DNA from: the human T2T-CHM13v2.0 reference genome, Homo sapiens
Assembly (NCBI RefSeq): GCF_009914755.1
Contig: NC_060947.1
Strand: one strand, 5' to 3'
Length of the DNA stretch: 64,000 nucleotides
Part shown: positions 1 through 12,350 of the stretch, piece by piece
Layout: each line of letters opens with the position of its first letter
Numbering within the stretch: the first letter of the stretch is position 1
Notes under the pieces: model-generated
The model's database searches: none
What the model was told of the DNA's origin: nothing
Seen by the model: only the letters and a program-made list of their open reading frames with translations
Position numbers and translations under genes: made by a program

Positions 1-80
1 TACAATATTAACAGTTAAGTGTATACATAAACTTTATAAGGATAATATTTTTTGAAATAACTCCTATTGTGCTTCTCTTT

Positions 81-345
81 TCAGTAGCCCATTATTTTTC
101 CATCATCATTGCCAATGGGAAGAAAAAGGCTAAATGCAGCCGAGGGAAGAAAGAAAATAAGATGTTTAAGAAGGTCATCACAGTCAGAGAGAGAAACTAA
201 TTGATGCCAACTATAGTTCCTAAAGGAAAATCTTGGATAGTACACAAAGGTAGGGATAAGTGAGAGAAGATCCTCCTGATTTCTCCATACAGACAAGTTT
301 GGCATGGCAGCGATTTCTATGTTTCCCATGCGCCTAAATTTGACT
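81..345 (-). pseudogene. Putative terminal exon of decayed minus-strand gene
   Basis: Acceptor ctcttcttctag ends at 346 on the minus strand, 114 bp downstream of the gtaaga donor at 459; one frame is open to the TGA at 81-83. Confidence 0.4.
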
Positions 346-459
346 CTAGAAGAAGAGTGGCACAGAGATTCCAGCCCCTTTACTTTCCTTACTCCCTTTA
401 AGAAGTGACTTTGTAGGACAACCTTGCCCTATAAGAAGGCTTTGAGGTGAATATCTTAC

Positions 460-595
460 TCGTGATGAAGTGGGGCGGTAGACATGCTTCTGTAGCCTCC
501 CTGATATTGCGACTCTGTGGGGAGGGTGTGGAGCTGGATACCCAACGTTATTACCAGTGCCCATGATTGCAACATCAGTGACGTATCACCAGTGC
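460..595 (-). pseudogene. Pseudo-exon (136 bp), second half of EGF-like remnant
   Basis: Minus strand: gttttag|GCACTGG...CATCACGA|gtaaga; canonical AG/GT; contains CCNHG..TGNN-like sequence split by a frameshift. Confidence 0.55.
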
Positions 596-725
596 CTAAA
601 ACAAACCTGCCTGGGAATAGTAACAGAACAAATCTCGAGATTTATTATTTATGCATATCAACAGCTGATGGCATTTTGATGCCCAGAGAGAAAATTAAGT
701 CAATGAAGTGTATTACGTCAGAAAC

Positions 726-820
726 CTGTGAAGACTTGGAAGATAGGGTGTATACACATGTACCCCCTCCTCCATCACCATGAGGACATGTAAACTTTTG
801 TCAACACACAGATGCTGGCA
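726..820 (-). pseudogene. Pseudo-exon (95 bp), first half of EGF-like remnant
   Basis: Strong acceptor tctttcttgcag|TGCCAGC and donor CAG|gtttct; phase-1 frame reads PASVC*QKFTCPHGDGGGGTCVYTLSSKSSQ. Confidence 0.55.
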
Positions 821-914
821 CTGCAAGAAAGACAGAATTCTGAAAGTGTCAACATTTATTGTAAAGTGTAACCTAAAATGCCAGTTCTTCATGTTCATGT
901 AAGAACATGGGAAA

Positions 915-1080
915 ATCACTTAAATGCTGTTTCCCTCAGTTTCTTTGAGTATAAAAGGAGTTATAACAGTACCTGTCTCATAAGATTACTATGAAAGTTA
1001 AATGAATTATATATGTAAAGCATTTAGAATACTACCTGGTACATATTAAAAGCTATAGCTATGTATGTGTTACTTATTAT
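915..1080 (+). mobile_element. MIR SINE
   Basis: cctcagtttc...acagtacctgtctcataag...tgtaaagcatttagaa...cctggtacata matches the MIR core and 3' end. Confidence 0.8.
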
Positions 1081-1221
1081 GAAATTGGAATAGACATGGA
1101 TGCCTTTGTTTGGCAGAAATTATCATTTTCCACCAATCTGTCTTTTTTACTACACAGTAGAATCAAGACTATGGATTAGATCAGTTATAGAAGCTAAAAT
1201 TCTTTGGCAATCTACATTGTA

Positions 1222-1272
1222 GTGTGTGCGTGTGTGTGTGTGTGTATATATTATATATAGTGTACATATATA
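1222..1272. repeat. (TG)n/(TA)n microsatellite
   Basis: Directly visible dinucleotide runs. Confidence 0.9.
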
Positions 1273-2348
1273 AGTAACATTTTTTCTTTTTCTGTCTCAA
1301 AAAATGGGATCTTTCTTAATTTCAGTAGGTATTTCCAGTTTATTAACATACCAGGACTTAGTAAATATGTCTGAGTTGATAATATTGGTATCTTTCATGA
1401 GTCCATAAATTTTAATCGTATTTCCTTTTGCCTTCATTTCCAGATAATCAAGTCCTAATATTTTTTAATCTCTCCTTATCATTTGATATATGTTGCCACA
1501 GCTGTTGGAGAAACTACAATAATAAGATGTGGTAAATTCTAGCTTATGTTTACAACTAGACGAATAGGGATAATCTTAATTAAGAGCAGTTACTCTAGAC
1601 ACAGAGAAATTAAAAATGATCAAAGACCGTTCCAGTTCCAATTCTTGTTAGTACAGTATTTGAACACTGACTTGCTGTGATACATTGCTTCATTAATTAG
1701 AAAGAGATGAGCTGCTAGATTTTTATTTGAAAATCAGTGTCAATGGATACACATTTATTTAACAAAAGGAGAGCAGCAATAATTGAGAGCTTTATTGTTT
1801 AGGAACAGAATTCCCTATAAAAACCTTAAAAATGCAGAGGTTGGTCACAAACAATACATTTTTTCAAAGTAAATTTGTTTTTTTTAAAATTTCATTATAG
1901 CAATTTGAAAAGTTTTTAGGGAGCTCAAAGTTTATTCAGTGGTGGACTGCAGAATAGATGGTCATAAGACTTTGCAACATGTTCACCAGGATTCTGCTAG
2001 TATTTTTAGGAAGTGGTCTGTCCAGACTTGTAAAATAGACACCTCTTATATAGAAGCTCTGAGTGGTAAGAAGATAATTTGGGGACTTCACAGGAAACTT
2101 AGAAAATGTGTTTATGGAACAGAACATCACATTGATTTCTGAATGGTCCCTTGGAAGCTGTGATTTTGTTAAGTGATTTAAGCAAAAAGAATTAAATGGC
2201 ATATTGAGTTTATTTGTTATTCAGCATTTCCATTGGTCTCTATTTTCCATAGCTCTTACAACGGTGCAGACTTTTTTTGCACAAGTAATTCATGTCAATT
2301 ACGGAAACTTCATAACTCCTTCATATTATTACCAAATCACAGATATTT

Positions 2349-2545
2349 AATAATAATAACTGCTAACAGTTTTTGAGTCCTCACCATAGTCAGGCACTAT
2401 TCTGTTTAATTTTTATAAATTATGTCATTTAATCTTTAATCTTATAACAACTGTATGAGGTGGAATACTGTTATTGTTCCCATTTTATAGATGTGGAAAA
2501 CAAAGGGCAGAATGACTGAGTCATGATCCTCAGGTTGCACAGGTG
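2349..2545 (-). mobile_element. MIR SINE
   Basis: cccattttatagatgtggaaaac is the reverse MIR core; aataataata tail at the left end. Confidence 0.8.
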
Positions 2546-2732
2546 GGGTGTTGTGCTGATCCACTCAATTTGTAATTAAAGTTATTTTTAGGCTTGATTT
2601 TCTAGGTTTTAGTTAGATAGTTAGAAAATCAGAAACACTTGACAGTTCACGTGGGAGAGAAAAGAAAAGGCATGTGGGAGGGGCGGTGTTCCATGTATGC
2701 CTGTGATTTTTCTTTTTCCCTTCTGTTTTTAG

Positions 2733-2957
2733 GAGGCAACATAGTATCAGAGATGTAAGGAGTCCAGGCTCCAGGGTCTGAGCTTTGAATCCGGGCTCCA
2801 CCACTTATCTAGCTGGGAAAATTACTTCAGTTCTCAGAACTTCTGGGTTTTTCATCTGTGAAACAGAAACAAGTTGTATTTACTTCACAGGGTTGTTATG
2901 GTAGTTAAATAGTGACTAAATGACATCCTCCCATAAGTCCCTTAGCTTTAAATATAT

Positions 2958-2985
<28 letters not shown>
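2733..2985 (+). mobile_element. MIR SINE with (TTA)n tail
   Basis: tttgaatccgggctccaccacttatctagctg...catctgtgaaac...cacagggttgtt. Confidence 0.75.
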
Positions 2986-2988
<3 letters not shown>

Positions 2989-4642
2989 TTTATCATTCAA
3001 CCTGTGCCCCCACTAACTGGGCAATAGTTTCCTAACTCCTTTACTTGGGGCATATATTCACCTATCCATTTTGAATATTGCTGTGAGATCAGTGTAATTA
3101 CTCAGAGCTCCCTTACATCACATCTCTATCATACTAGAGAAATTATATCGTATAATGGAGGCCTTCAGAACACGAAATTTAGAGGCCTGTAAACTTGTCC
3201 TTAAATCCTAGAGTAGCAGTTGGGTAACCAGTCTTTAGCACGGTAGCCATCAGACAGTAGGAAGGAAAGAGTTATTACATTTATGGAACAAAATGGTAAC
3301 ACTTTTAGAAGAAAAAATGCAACAGTGAGTTTCTCATATAGCCTGTCACTAGTGTAAGTTTTCATGGCCTCAGCAAGCAGATAACAAAAGTCAATAAAAA
3401 TAAATAATAAACATACGTAAATAAATTTGCATAAACACAACCACAAACATAGAACACAGGATATGTTTTCAATATCTACCCTTGATGTTAAAAGAGATTT
3501 GTGAAGGCATAATTGAAATTCAGTAAGAAAAGCCTTTGGAGTAAAGAGGAAAATTTACCCCTTCCTTGCCTAGGAATCTTAGATATGGCCTGCATGAAAC
3601 AAAAATGGCAGTCACGTTAAATGCAATGCTATTTATATAATCCTTATGTCCATGTAAGCACTGAAATAAGAGCATAAACTAGATTTTTTTTCTGTATAAC
3701 AAGAAATACAGAGGGCAATATAAACAAACCAATTGGCTAAATAGAACTCGAATTAGATAAAATGAAATCATAATAATTAGCTGTACTCACAGATCAATTA
3801 TTTTCCAAATAAAATTATGACCTGCTTAAAAGGGAGCATCTGCACAGTTTCTCTATGAAGAAAGAAAATGATGCATTCCATTACTGCCTCATTTTCTTGG
3901 AGCAAAAGTATGACCTTAAAAAACTAACCTTTTAAATGAACCGTTCCTGAAGAAAATTTGAAGTGATAGGTTTTAATCAGCTAAAAGACGTAAAAAAAAA
4001 GTTGGGTGATTTATAAGCAGTGTCAGATAGAGATTTTATATATTTTTGTTAGAATTGTGAAGCCAATGGATATAAGAGTAAACCTGTGGGCAAAGTCTCT
4101 AATACCTATTGTTGTTCATAATTATGCCCTGAACGTACATCTGGGCTAAATCAGTGTGGGAAGGCAACTGATTCTTATTTTATGTCTAACATAGTCCTTA
4201 GCACTTGTGTCTCAGAAATTAAATCTGATCTTCTATCCCTTGCCCAAGATTCACTAACCACTCTCTTCCCTCTACCCTATCCAGGTCTGTATTTAGTCAG
4301 CCTCTTTGACTACCACCCACTCTCAGTGAGGCTCTTGTAATCAGGGAACAAAAAGTAAAAGAAATGACAATCTTCTCAAAACTTCCGTATGTCTTGGTTA
4401 TTGCCTAGTAATTTGACTCCAGAGACTTTCTAGATATGACCATTTGGTGGTAAATGTCCTTGCCATACAACAGGATACAGATCTCAGATGGAATTTATAT
4501 CTGGCTGGTATAAAAACAATTATGTTAAAAGTCATATTTCTAGGTAGAATAAAAATTGAAAAATAAGTTTATAACTTGGTAATAGAAAAGTTAATTTTAA
4601 CTCATGGCAATCATAAATATATAAATAGAAATAAAAATATTT

Positions 4643-4957
4643 GACCCCACACGGTGGCCCATACCTCTAATGCTAGCACTTTGGGAGGCCGAGGTGGGGA
4701 GATCACTTGAGCTCAGGAGTTTCAGACCAGCTTGGTCGTAAAAGTGAGATGCCATTTCTTCAAAAAATTAACACATTTGCCAAGCATGGTGGCACATACT
4801 TGTAGTCCCAGTACTCAGGAGGCTGAGGTGGGAGGATCACTTGAGCCCAAGAGGTTGGGGCTGGCTGCAGTGAGCCATGATCAGGCCACTGCACTTCAGC
4901 ATGGGTGACAGAATAAGACCCTGTCTCAAACAAACAAGCAAACAAACAAACAACAAA
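4643..4957 (+). mobile_element. Alu, AluJ-type
   Basis: Dimeric Alu with the J-diagnostic ggatcacttgagccc and an (AAAC)n tail. Confidence 0.9.
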
Positions 4958-5129
4958 ATTATACAAACATGTATATTATATAATATCATATAAATATATA
5001 AATAAACATTTGGCTAGTTTATTTAAATACACATTTAACTATTGTTCTTATTATTTATATTTTTATGTTTATATATTTTTAATATGTCACAGATTGAAAA
5101 TATCAAAAATTAATAATGCTATGCGGTAT

Positions 5130-5730
5130 TAGCAATTCAGTGGTGCAAAGGACAATATTAAATACAGTTAAAGAGAGTCTAAATTGATATCATCTTCTTG
5201 GTGGCTATCTTTGCATTACCTATCCAAAGTAAATCAACTGTCTAGGTTTCTATCATACAGAAAATGTACAAGGGCATATGAAAAAATATGTTCCCTGAAG
5301 CACTATTTGTAATAAGAAAAATCTTGAGGCAAGCTAAAGGTATATAAGTAGGGGGAGAATTAAGCAAATTATGGTATGTCATCATTGGGAAAACTATGTA
5401 GCCATTAAAATAAATTATATGTATATGTGTATATGTATATACACACACAGACACACACATATATGCAGTAAAGTAGAATGTTCATTGAATGAAAAAAAAA
5501 CCTGAACAATATGTCGAGTATGATGCTGTTTTTTTTGTAAATTACTGTATCTCTATGCTCGTTTTCTAAGTCTGGAAGGACACAAATTGAGCCGTTAAAA
5601 GTAGTTACTGCTACAGAGTGAGAATGATAGTGAGCGGGGGATATCTTATGATTCATATTATATTATATATCTTTTTTTCTTTTTTTGAGTTTTTTACACG
5701 TGTTGTTTTTGTGATTAAAAAAAGAAAGAA
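5130..5730 (+). mobile_element. Old L1 (L1ME-like) 3' fragment
   Basis: tgttccctgaagcactatttgtaataag...aaattatggtat...gtagccattaaaa resembles ancient L1 3' ends. Confidence 0.6.
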
Positions 5731-5813
5731 ATCCTGCCTGCTCTTCAAAATTACCTTATATGGATATGTGTATACATTATATTTATATTGTACTAGTTTG
5801 TAGAGGAGTTTAC

Positions 5814-5877
5814 CTTATCAATTCCACTGTGGGTTCTTTGAAGACAATTCTCATTTATCTTTACATCTACAAAATTC
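5814..5877 (-). pseudogene. Pseudo-exon (64 bp)
   Basis: ttttatgttag|GAATTTT...GATAAG|gtaaac; one frame reads NFVDVKINENCLQRTHSGIDK. Confidence 0.5.
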
Positions 5878-5919
5878 CTAACATAAAAAGTGTCCATTGA
5901 AAGTAAGTGAACAAATGAT

Positions 5920-6172
5920 TGATGTGGTGTCTTCAGGATAGTGAGTGACTTCTTGTGACTTCTGGTCATTTGAAAGTGTATAACACTTCCCCATTCTCTC
6001 TCTCTACCTCCTGCTCCCACTATGTGAGACACCTCACTCCTTCTTTGCCTTCCACCATAACTGGAAGCTTCCTGAGGTCTCCCCAGAAGATGAAGCCACT
6101 ATGCTTTCTATACAGCTTGCAGAGCTGTGAGCCAAGTAAACCTATTTTCTTTGTAAATTACCCAGTTTCAGG
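5920..6172 (+). mobile_element. MST-family (ERVL-MaLR) LTR fragment
   Basis: gcttcctgaggtctccccagaag...gtgagccaagtaaacct...taaattacccagtttcagg. Confidence 0.85.
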
Positions 6173-6330
6173 CTACTCAAGATGTACCTTTCAGACGAGC
6201 AGCATAATTGCCAATAGGGAGCATGTCGGAAATACAGCTTTAGACCCCATTTCAGAACTAATGAATCCAAATCTGCATGGTAATCAGACTTGTAGGTGAT
6301 CCTTATGTATATTAAAGTTTGAAATAAATT
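6173..6330. mobile_element. MER5-type hAT-Charlie MITE
   Basis: gaccccatttcagaactaatgaatccaaatctgcat resembles the MER5 core. Confidence 0.55.
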
Positions 6331-7055
6331 GACCCAGAACATTAAGCGCACATTTAGCTCTAATGCCCACAAGAATAGCAATTTGGAAAGAACCACCTAT
6401 TTTCTCTGAATCTCAGGCTCTTCAGCTGTAAAACAGGATAATCATTCATAACATCCTACTCAGGCAAGTTTTGAATATGATTTTGAAAGTTCAAGTACCT
6501 GTGTCTTTAAAAAGATGACATAGAAAATCAATTAAAATAAATATAGTATAGATGGGCTTGTAAGTTGGTCCTCATTGAGTACAAATAGAAATTGAAGGGA
6601 AAATTTCATGGCTCAACCTAACGTAAACATATTATTTGTGAAAAATATCAACCAGAATGCGTATTTTTGTCTTTGTTTTCATTGTTCTTCTAAGTAGAAA
6701 CATAGCTAAAGAACATGTTATTTCTTGAAAGCATACATGCAGCATTCAAAAGGGCTAGCACCAAAAACCAATCTGAGTAACAAAAGAATTGTAGCAAGCT
6801 TTATGCCAAAATGTTAATTGGAGTCTCTTTTCTACCTAACACTCTGTCAATTATCATTACTGCTATAATGGTTTGATATCAGAGTATTGATAATATGTAT
6901 GTAACAAATATTTTTCTCAACTGACATGCCAATACAAAATGAATACATTGAGAGGGAAAAAGAAAAATTGGACTGAAGAAGCCACAGGTGTCAGTAAAAA
7001 AGCACCTGACCCTATGAAAGTGCTGGTAATCTTCCAATGCACTGATTAATAAGAG

Positions 7056-7091
<36 letters not shown>

Positions 7092-7097
7092 GTGTGT
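7056..7097. repeat. (TG)n microsatellite
   Basis: Directly visible. Confidence 0.95.
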
Positions 7098-7159
7098 CTG
7101 CAGCTGCTGAGGAAAAACAAAGTAACACAAATAAAGGAGTCAAACAAAATCATCAAAGG

Positions 7160-7350
7160 AGGCATAATTATGTTGTGGTTAAAATTTGCGGATCTAAAGG
7201 CAGGTAGACCAGTACTCAATTCACCACCTGTGTGATATTCACAAAGCTACCTAACCCTCTACATCTCAGTGTCCTTATCTATAAAGTAGAATGAAAAAAA
7301 AAATCTCTGATCTAGGATTTGTTTGGGTTATTACATGAGATAATGCAGAC
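7160..7350 (+). mobile_element. MIR SINE
   Basis: ctcagtgtccttatctataaagt...attacatgagataatgca. Confidence 0.7.
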
Positions 7351-7540
7351 TGTGGGTATTTCTCTATCGATTATTTAATACATTATGCTTACATTTTTAT
7401 GTGTAAACAGGAAACCATAAGGAAAAATTATTTATGGGGAGAACAGGTTTTTGATGGTTTCATTTGGACCTGGTGTTGTAGAATATGATAACTTAGATTG
7501 TATTATAGATAGGGATCACAGGATGGTTGGTAATTTATAG

Positions 7541-7850
7541 TAGGGGTGCCTAACCCTTGGGCTACAGACTAGTACTGGCGGCACCAGCAGGAGGTGAGCA
7601 GTAGACAAGCAAGCTAAGCTGAGCTCAGCCTCCTGTCAGATCAGCGGTGGCATTATTAGATCCTCACAGGAGTGCAAACCCTATTGTAACCTGCGCTTGT
7701 GAGGAATCTAAGTTGTGCGTTCCTTATGAAAATCTAATGATGAATGTAATGCGCTTGAATCATCGCGAAGTTATACCCCTACCCCCTCCGTGGAAAAAAA
7801 TTGTATTCCATGAAACCGGTCCCTGGTGCCAAAAAGTTTGGGGATCGCTG
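7541..7850 (+). mobile_element. MER1-family hAT-Charlie element with 8-bp TSD
   Basis: MER1 body (cctcctgtcagatcagcggtggcatt; catgaaaccggtccctggtgccaaaaag); ATTTATAG duplicated at 7533-7540 and 7851-7858. Confidence 0.9.
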
Positions 7851-7859
7851 ATTTATAGC

Positions 7860-8130
7860 ACAAATCTGGATCTTACCTGAAGTTCAGACTCATAACTCTA
7901 ACTGCCTATCCATCATCTGAATGGAGAATAGGCCATCTCAAAATGAACACACTGTAACCAGGCTCCTGATATTTCCACCCTAACGAGGTTCTCCCACTTT
8001 TCCCCATTTCAGTAAGTAGCAAGTCTTTCCTGCCAGTTGTTCAGCCCCAATTATGTTATCCTTGACCTTTTTCCTATTTGCAACATGAAATCCATTTAAA
8101 AATTCTGTTTGCTGTGCTCAACTACTATAT
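7860..8130 (+). mobile_element. L2 LINE fragment
   Basis: cagactcata...ctgccta...catctcaaa...ttccccatttcagtaa...ccagttgttcag. Confidence 0.65.
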
Positions 8131-8589
8131 CTCTTTAATTTGGTCATTTTCCTAATCTGGATATTAAGAATTGATGGACACGTTGATGACGCTGAGATTT
8201 ACAAAGTTTGAATCAAAGAAAAACATTACTATATTCATGTGGCTGGGGAGTAGAATCAGATAACGAATACGAAATTTATAACACTGGACTCTAGTTTAAG
8301 GAATTTTTCCTTTATAGTTTTCACACCAAATACCATTGAAATTCTCAGGGTTTTATTTTCTTCAAACATTCTGATTAATTGAAATTTTGCTATATTGTAA
8401 ATTGTAAAAGAGACGTCTGAAAGGACACTCCAGGCTTAATTTAGTGTGTTTCATTTTTGAGCATCATTCTCTTAAGTTGTCCCAGACAGTAGACCTAAGA
8501 TTATGCATGGTTCTTAAAGATACTGCATTTTAAATGTCTCAAGGAAGAGATGGTCATAATTTTTCTTGGTAATTCATTCAAACAATTAC

Positions 8590-8727
8590 CATGTTTGAAA
8601 GTTCAGACCTGATAGTACATTTCTTGTCCAGGTTTCTTTATGGCTCAATTTCCTGTTCCTCATTAATGGTCATGTCCTTATTCTTGGATGTTCATGAAGA
8701 CAAATTTCATACTAACTTTGTTGAAGC
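8590..8727 (-). pseudogene. Pseudo-exon (138 bp, symmetric)
   Basis: tgtgtttttacag|GCTTCAA...AAACATG|gtaatt; length is a multiple of 3; all frames have stops; an AIKK/LDKK segment straddles a frameshift. Confidence 0.6.
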
Positions 8728-9435
8728 CTGTAAAAACACAAATTTCAGTTCCCCTTGTGATGTTCACTTCATCTCTTCATTAATGGATACAAAGTGTGGA
8801 ACTTAAACCTGACTTTTGCAAAGTGATTGGCTGTGGAATTTTATTGGTTTGCTGTCTGTCTTTTTCACTTTCTCCCCAGGAGAGGACTTGAGACCATTTC
8901 TATCAGAGAAATTATGGCATCTGAACTGAACGATTAATTTTACTTATTACAATTGAATGCTATAGATTAGAATGTTAGCTAACAGGGCCAATGAGTCTTT
9001 TACCTTCTATTTGTGAGCCATATCTGATTGAAGATAAAACATTTGCCAGAGTAGTATTTCATTCATACAAAGTGGCAAATAAAAACGTACCTTGTAATCA
9101 CCATAAGAGTTTTGAGAAATGTAAAGTGACTGTGACATTCATAATAGATTTTTGTATTTTAATAAAAACTCCAGCTCTTTTAGAGACACGTATCACATTT
9201 TATTTGAATGTTGATGTTGATAAACATAGCCAGAACACTAACACAGCCTGTGGGTTATGTAACAAGCATGTATTCTGCTCTTAGTTGTTACAGATTTACT
9301 GCTGCATTCAACAATTCATTTAGCAAAGTCATTTTAAAGTAATTAAATGTTTCCAGGCTGGAAAATAACAAATTTGGGGCAAAGCGATTGCTATGTTCAC
9401 TCAATGCCTAGATATTGGTAACATTACTAGGAATG

Positions 9436-9753
<318 letters not shown>

Positions 9754-10427
9754 CTAGTGCCTTTGATACTGTGTGTTCCTTTGTGTCATAGTTTTGATAT
9801 GTTTTGTTTATTCTGTGATATGAAGATATTGAACACTTAAATATTTCAAGTTTACGTAGAGAAAAGCTATGCAACACATTTCTGATAATTTTAACTAACC
9901 ACAAATGTTAAATGTTAAAATTGATCTCAGTTTTATATGAATTGATGCACTGAGATTAGTGAAGTAATCCTACTTGTACATTGGCACTTTCCACTCCCTC
10001 ACATGCACAGTGATATCTGAAGAATTATTGCTTCCTTTCCAATATCATTCCACAAGCATTATTGAGATGATCCTGCATGCATGGCACTATGGATTATATA
10101 AAAATTCATAGACTAGAACTTATACTTTCAAAATCTTACTAGGCAATGAGGATTAAACAAATATCCCCAAATTATCATGTAACACGATTCAAGAGTCTTC
10201 TTTATAAATATTATGGTTGAAGTCATAGAAATAAATAAGATACCAGAGAAAGAATAAGGAAGGAGAAGAGAAAGGTTTCACAGGCATAATCATGTTTACA
10301 TTTTGGGTTTATGTTTTGGAGGTTATGATTGGATCCTGGTGTATTTTACATTATGTTCTAGTGTAATTCAACCATTTATTAAAACAAAAATAACAAATTG
10401 TGTGATTCGTGCAGTGTTAATACTTAC

Positions 10428-10770
10428 CAGGATAGAAGTACACTGAAGTCCTAAGGGTAACCAAAACGTGAAAATTATAAGAGTGGTGACCTATTCTCAT
10501 ATTATTCCTGCTTTAAGTTTCTTCTCAAGGAAATTAAGAAAGATGGTTTCTGAAGGTCTGTATCTTTGAGTTACATATGGAAACAAAAGGTCCCTGGGAA
10601 GCCTTCTCAATGACATCAAACAAGCTTTTCTAGATAGACTCACTGGTTGTTGCTGTAAGTTCTTTTCAACACACTGAGGATGATCCAACTGATATTGACA
10701 TTTCTCTACAAAGTCATCAAAATCAGTTATCGACTACGGATTACCAGGGTACAAATCGGTTTTCAATATT
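10428..10770 (-). pseudogene. Pseudo-exon (343 bp)
   Basis: ccttttctttttag|AATATTG...TATCCTG|gtaagt, near-consensus sites; mosaic reading NIENRF.. TDFDDFVEKCQYQLDHPQCVEKNL.. KSLFDVIEKASQG..CNSKIQTFRNHL.. FLEKKLKAGII. Confidence 0.65.
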
Positions 10771-10960
10771 CTAAAAAGAAAAGGAATTGAAAATATAGCT
10801 GATGTTCTTTGATACATAATGACAGTTAAAGGTTTTACAATTTCTCTGACACAAATGCTTTGAAACTTTTATATTGCTTTTGGGAATTTTCTTCAATTTG
10901 TTACTGAGTTCCCAGGTTTAAATAACCATCTTATTTCAACGCAAAAAATCATCATCAAGG

Positions 10961-10980
10961 TTATCACTAGATGGCAGTAT
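10961..10980 (+). promoter_or_regulatory. Candidate CTCF motif
   Basis: TTATCACTAGATGGCAGTAT contains the core CACTAGATGGCAG typical of CTCF sites. Confidence 0.45.
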
Positions 10981-12137
10981 GATTCTTCTAATAAAAATGG
11001 AGTAGTGCCAACATTTATGGTTAAAAATAATTAAAGATAAAGCATTATTGCAAGAGAAATCACACAACCACACTTTCTCCTGTTAGTCTGAAGCACATTC
11101 TTACACGTTTGGACCCATTTAATTAAATTTTCTTACTCTCAGCTAGTCTTAAAGGAGACTTTTGTTTGCGTTCTTACTATTTCAAAAAGAATTGCATATG
11201 TTTTCTAGTTTCCTTTTCACTCTTCCTGCTTTACACCCACTCTGACAGACAATAGAAACTTTGATAATTATTTGCTAAATGAAAAATGTTATACTAGTTG
11301 AAAAAATATTGCTGTGTTTTCGGGAAAATGTATTGGTAGGAGGAAAAAGAGGTAGGCTAGGTGTTCTCACTTAAACAGATTTTTGTTTTCTGTCAGATTT
11401 AAACAGTTTTTATTATAAATCTGATGAAACCACAGATACGATATGAAACTGTAGGAGACTTCAAAAATAATCAATATGTTTCATTTTTATTGTTTTTGGT
11501 GGAAATATATTTACATCAAATCAAATATTAACCAGAAATCCTATGTGTACAACCAAAGAAGGTGGAGCTGCTGCAGCTTCAGAGGAGGCGGAGAAACTAG
11601 GGCCCAGCCAGTTCTGTGCTCTTTCTCATTTCCTCAGCATTCCTTACGTGGATTTGAGGAAATCCCTGACACAGTCTAACTTCCTCACTTTTAAAATTTT
11701 ATAATTCAAAGATTCAGAGAAGAATAATGGGAGTAAAACTTTATAGGAGTCCGTACTCAAGGTGATCATTGTGCTAGAAGCACAATTCTTCCTTTCCTTC
11801 CTAACCCAAGATTCAATATTATTTCCATTGGATTATTAATTATTAATCTTACACTCAACACCTGTGGAAAGTAAGAATGCCCCAGTGGTTGTGTATATTA
11901 TTATCATTCTTTTATAAGTTTTTAACGTTTCTCGTCTTCATGTAATTGCTATATATGCCTGAAATTTCATGTGAAGGAGTGTAGGTATCTTATAATAGAT
12001 ATTATAGGAATGCCATAAGGCATGGTTTCCAATATTTTTACACTTTTAGCTGGTCTTGTTTCTCATAAAACAACAACAACATCAGCAAAATAATATAAGA
12101 AAGGAACATTAAACAGTAAGTAAGGAAAAAAGTACTA

Positions 12138-12350
12138 GAGGCAGAATGGCATAGTGGAAAAAGCAAGGGTTTTGGAGTCAGACTGCCTTGGTTCGAGAAA
12201 ATTTACTGTGTCAACAATGGAAAAGTTACTAACAAAATCTTAGCTACCTCAGTGGTATAATCAAGATAATAATACTACTTAGCTCACCAGGCTGTCAGAA
12301 GGATTACGTGAGAATATTTATACAAAGATCCGTTACCAGGCCTGGATGGA
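12138..12350 (+). mobile_element. MIR SINE
   Basis: ggcagaatggcatagtggaaaaagcaagggttttggagtcagactgccttggttcga is the MIR tRNA-derived head. Confidence 0.8.

Noticed and set aside
1936-2202. Overlapping 88-aa and 67-aa ORFs, a possible extra pseudo-exon
   Set aside because: Only a weak acceptor, no convincing donor and no recognisable motif; left unassigned.
3929-3946. 18-bp minus-strand micro-exon (ttcttcag|...AAG|gttagt)
   Set aside because: Too short to distinguish from chance.
8860-8935. Strong plus-strand acceptor ctttctccccag
   Set aside because: No matching donor or partner exon found.
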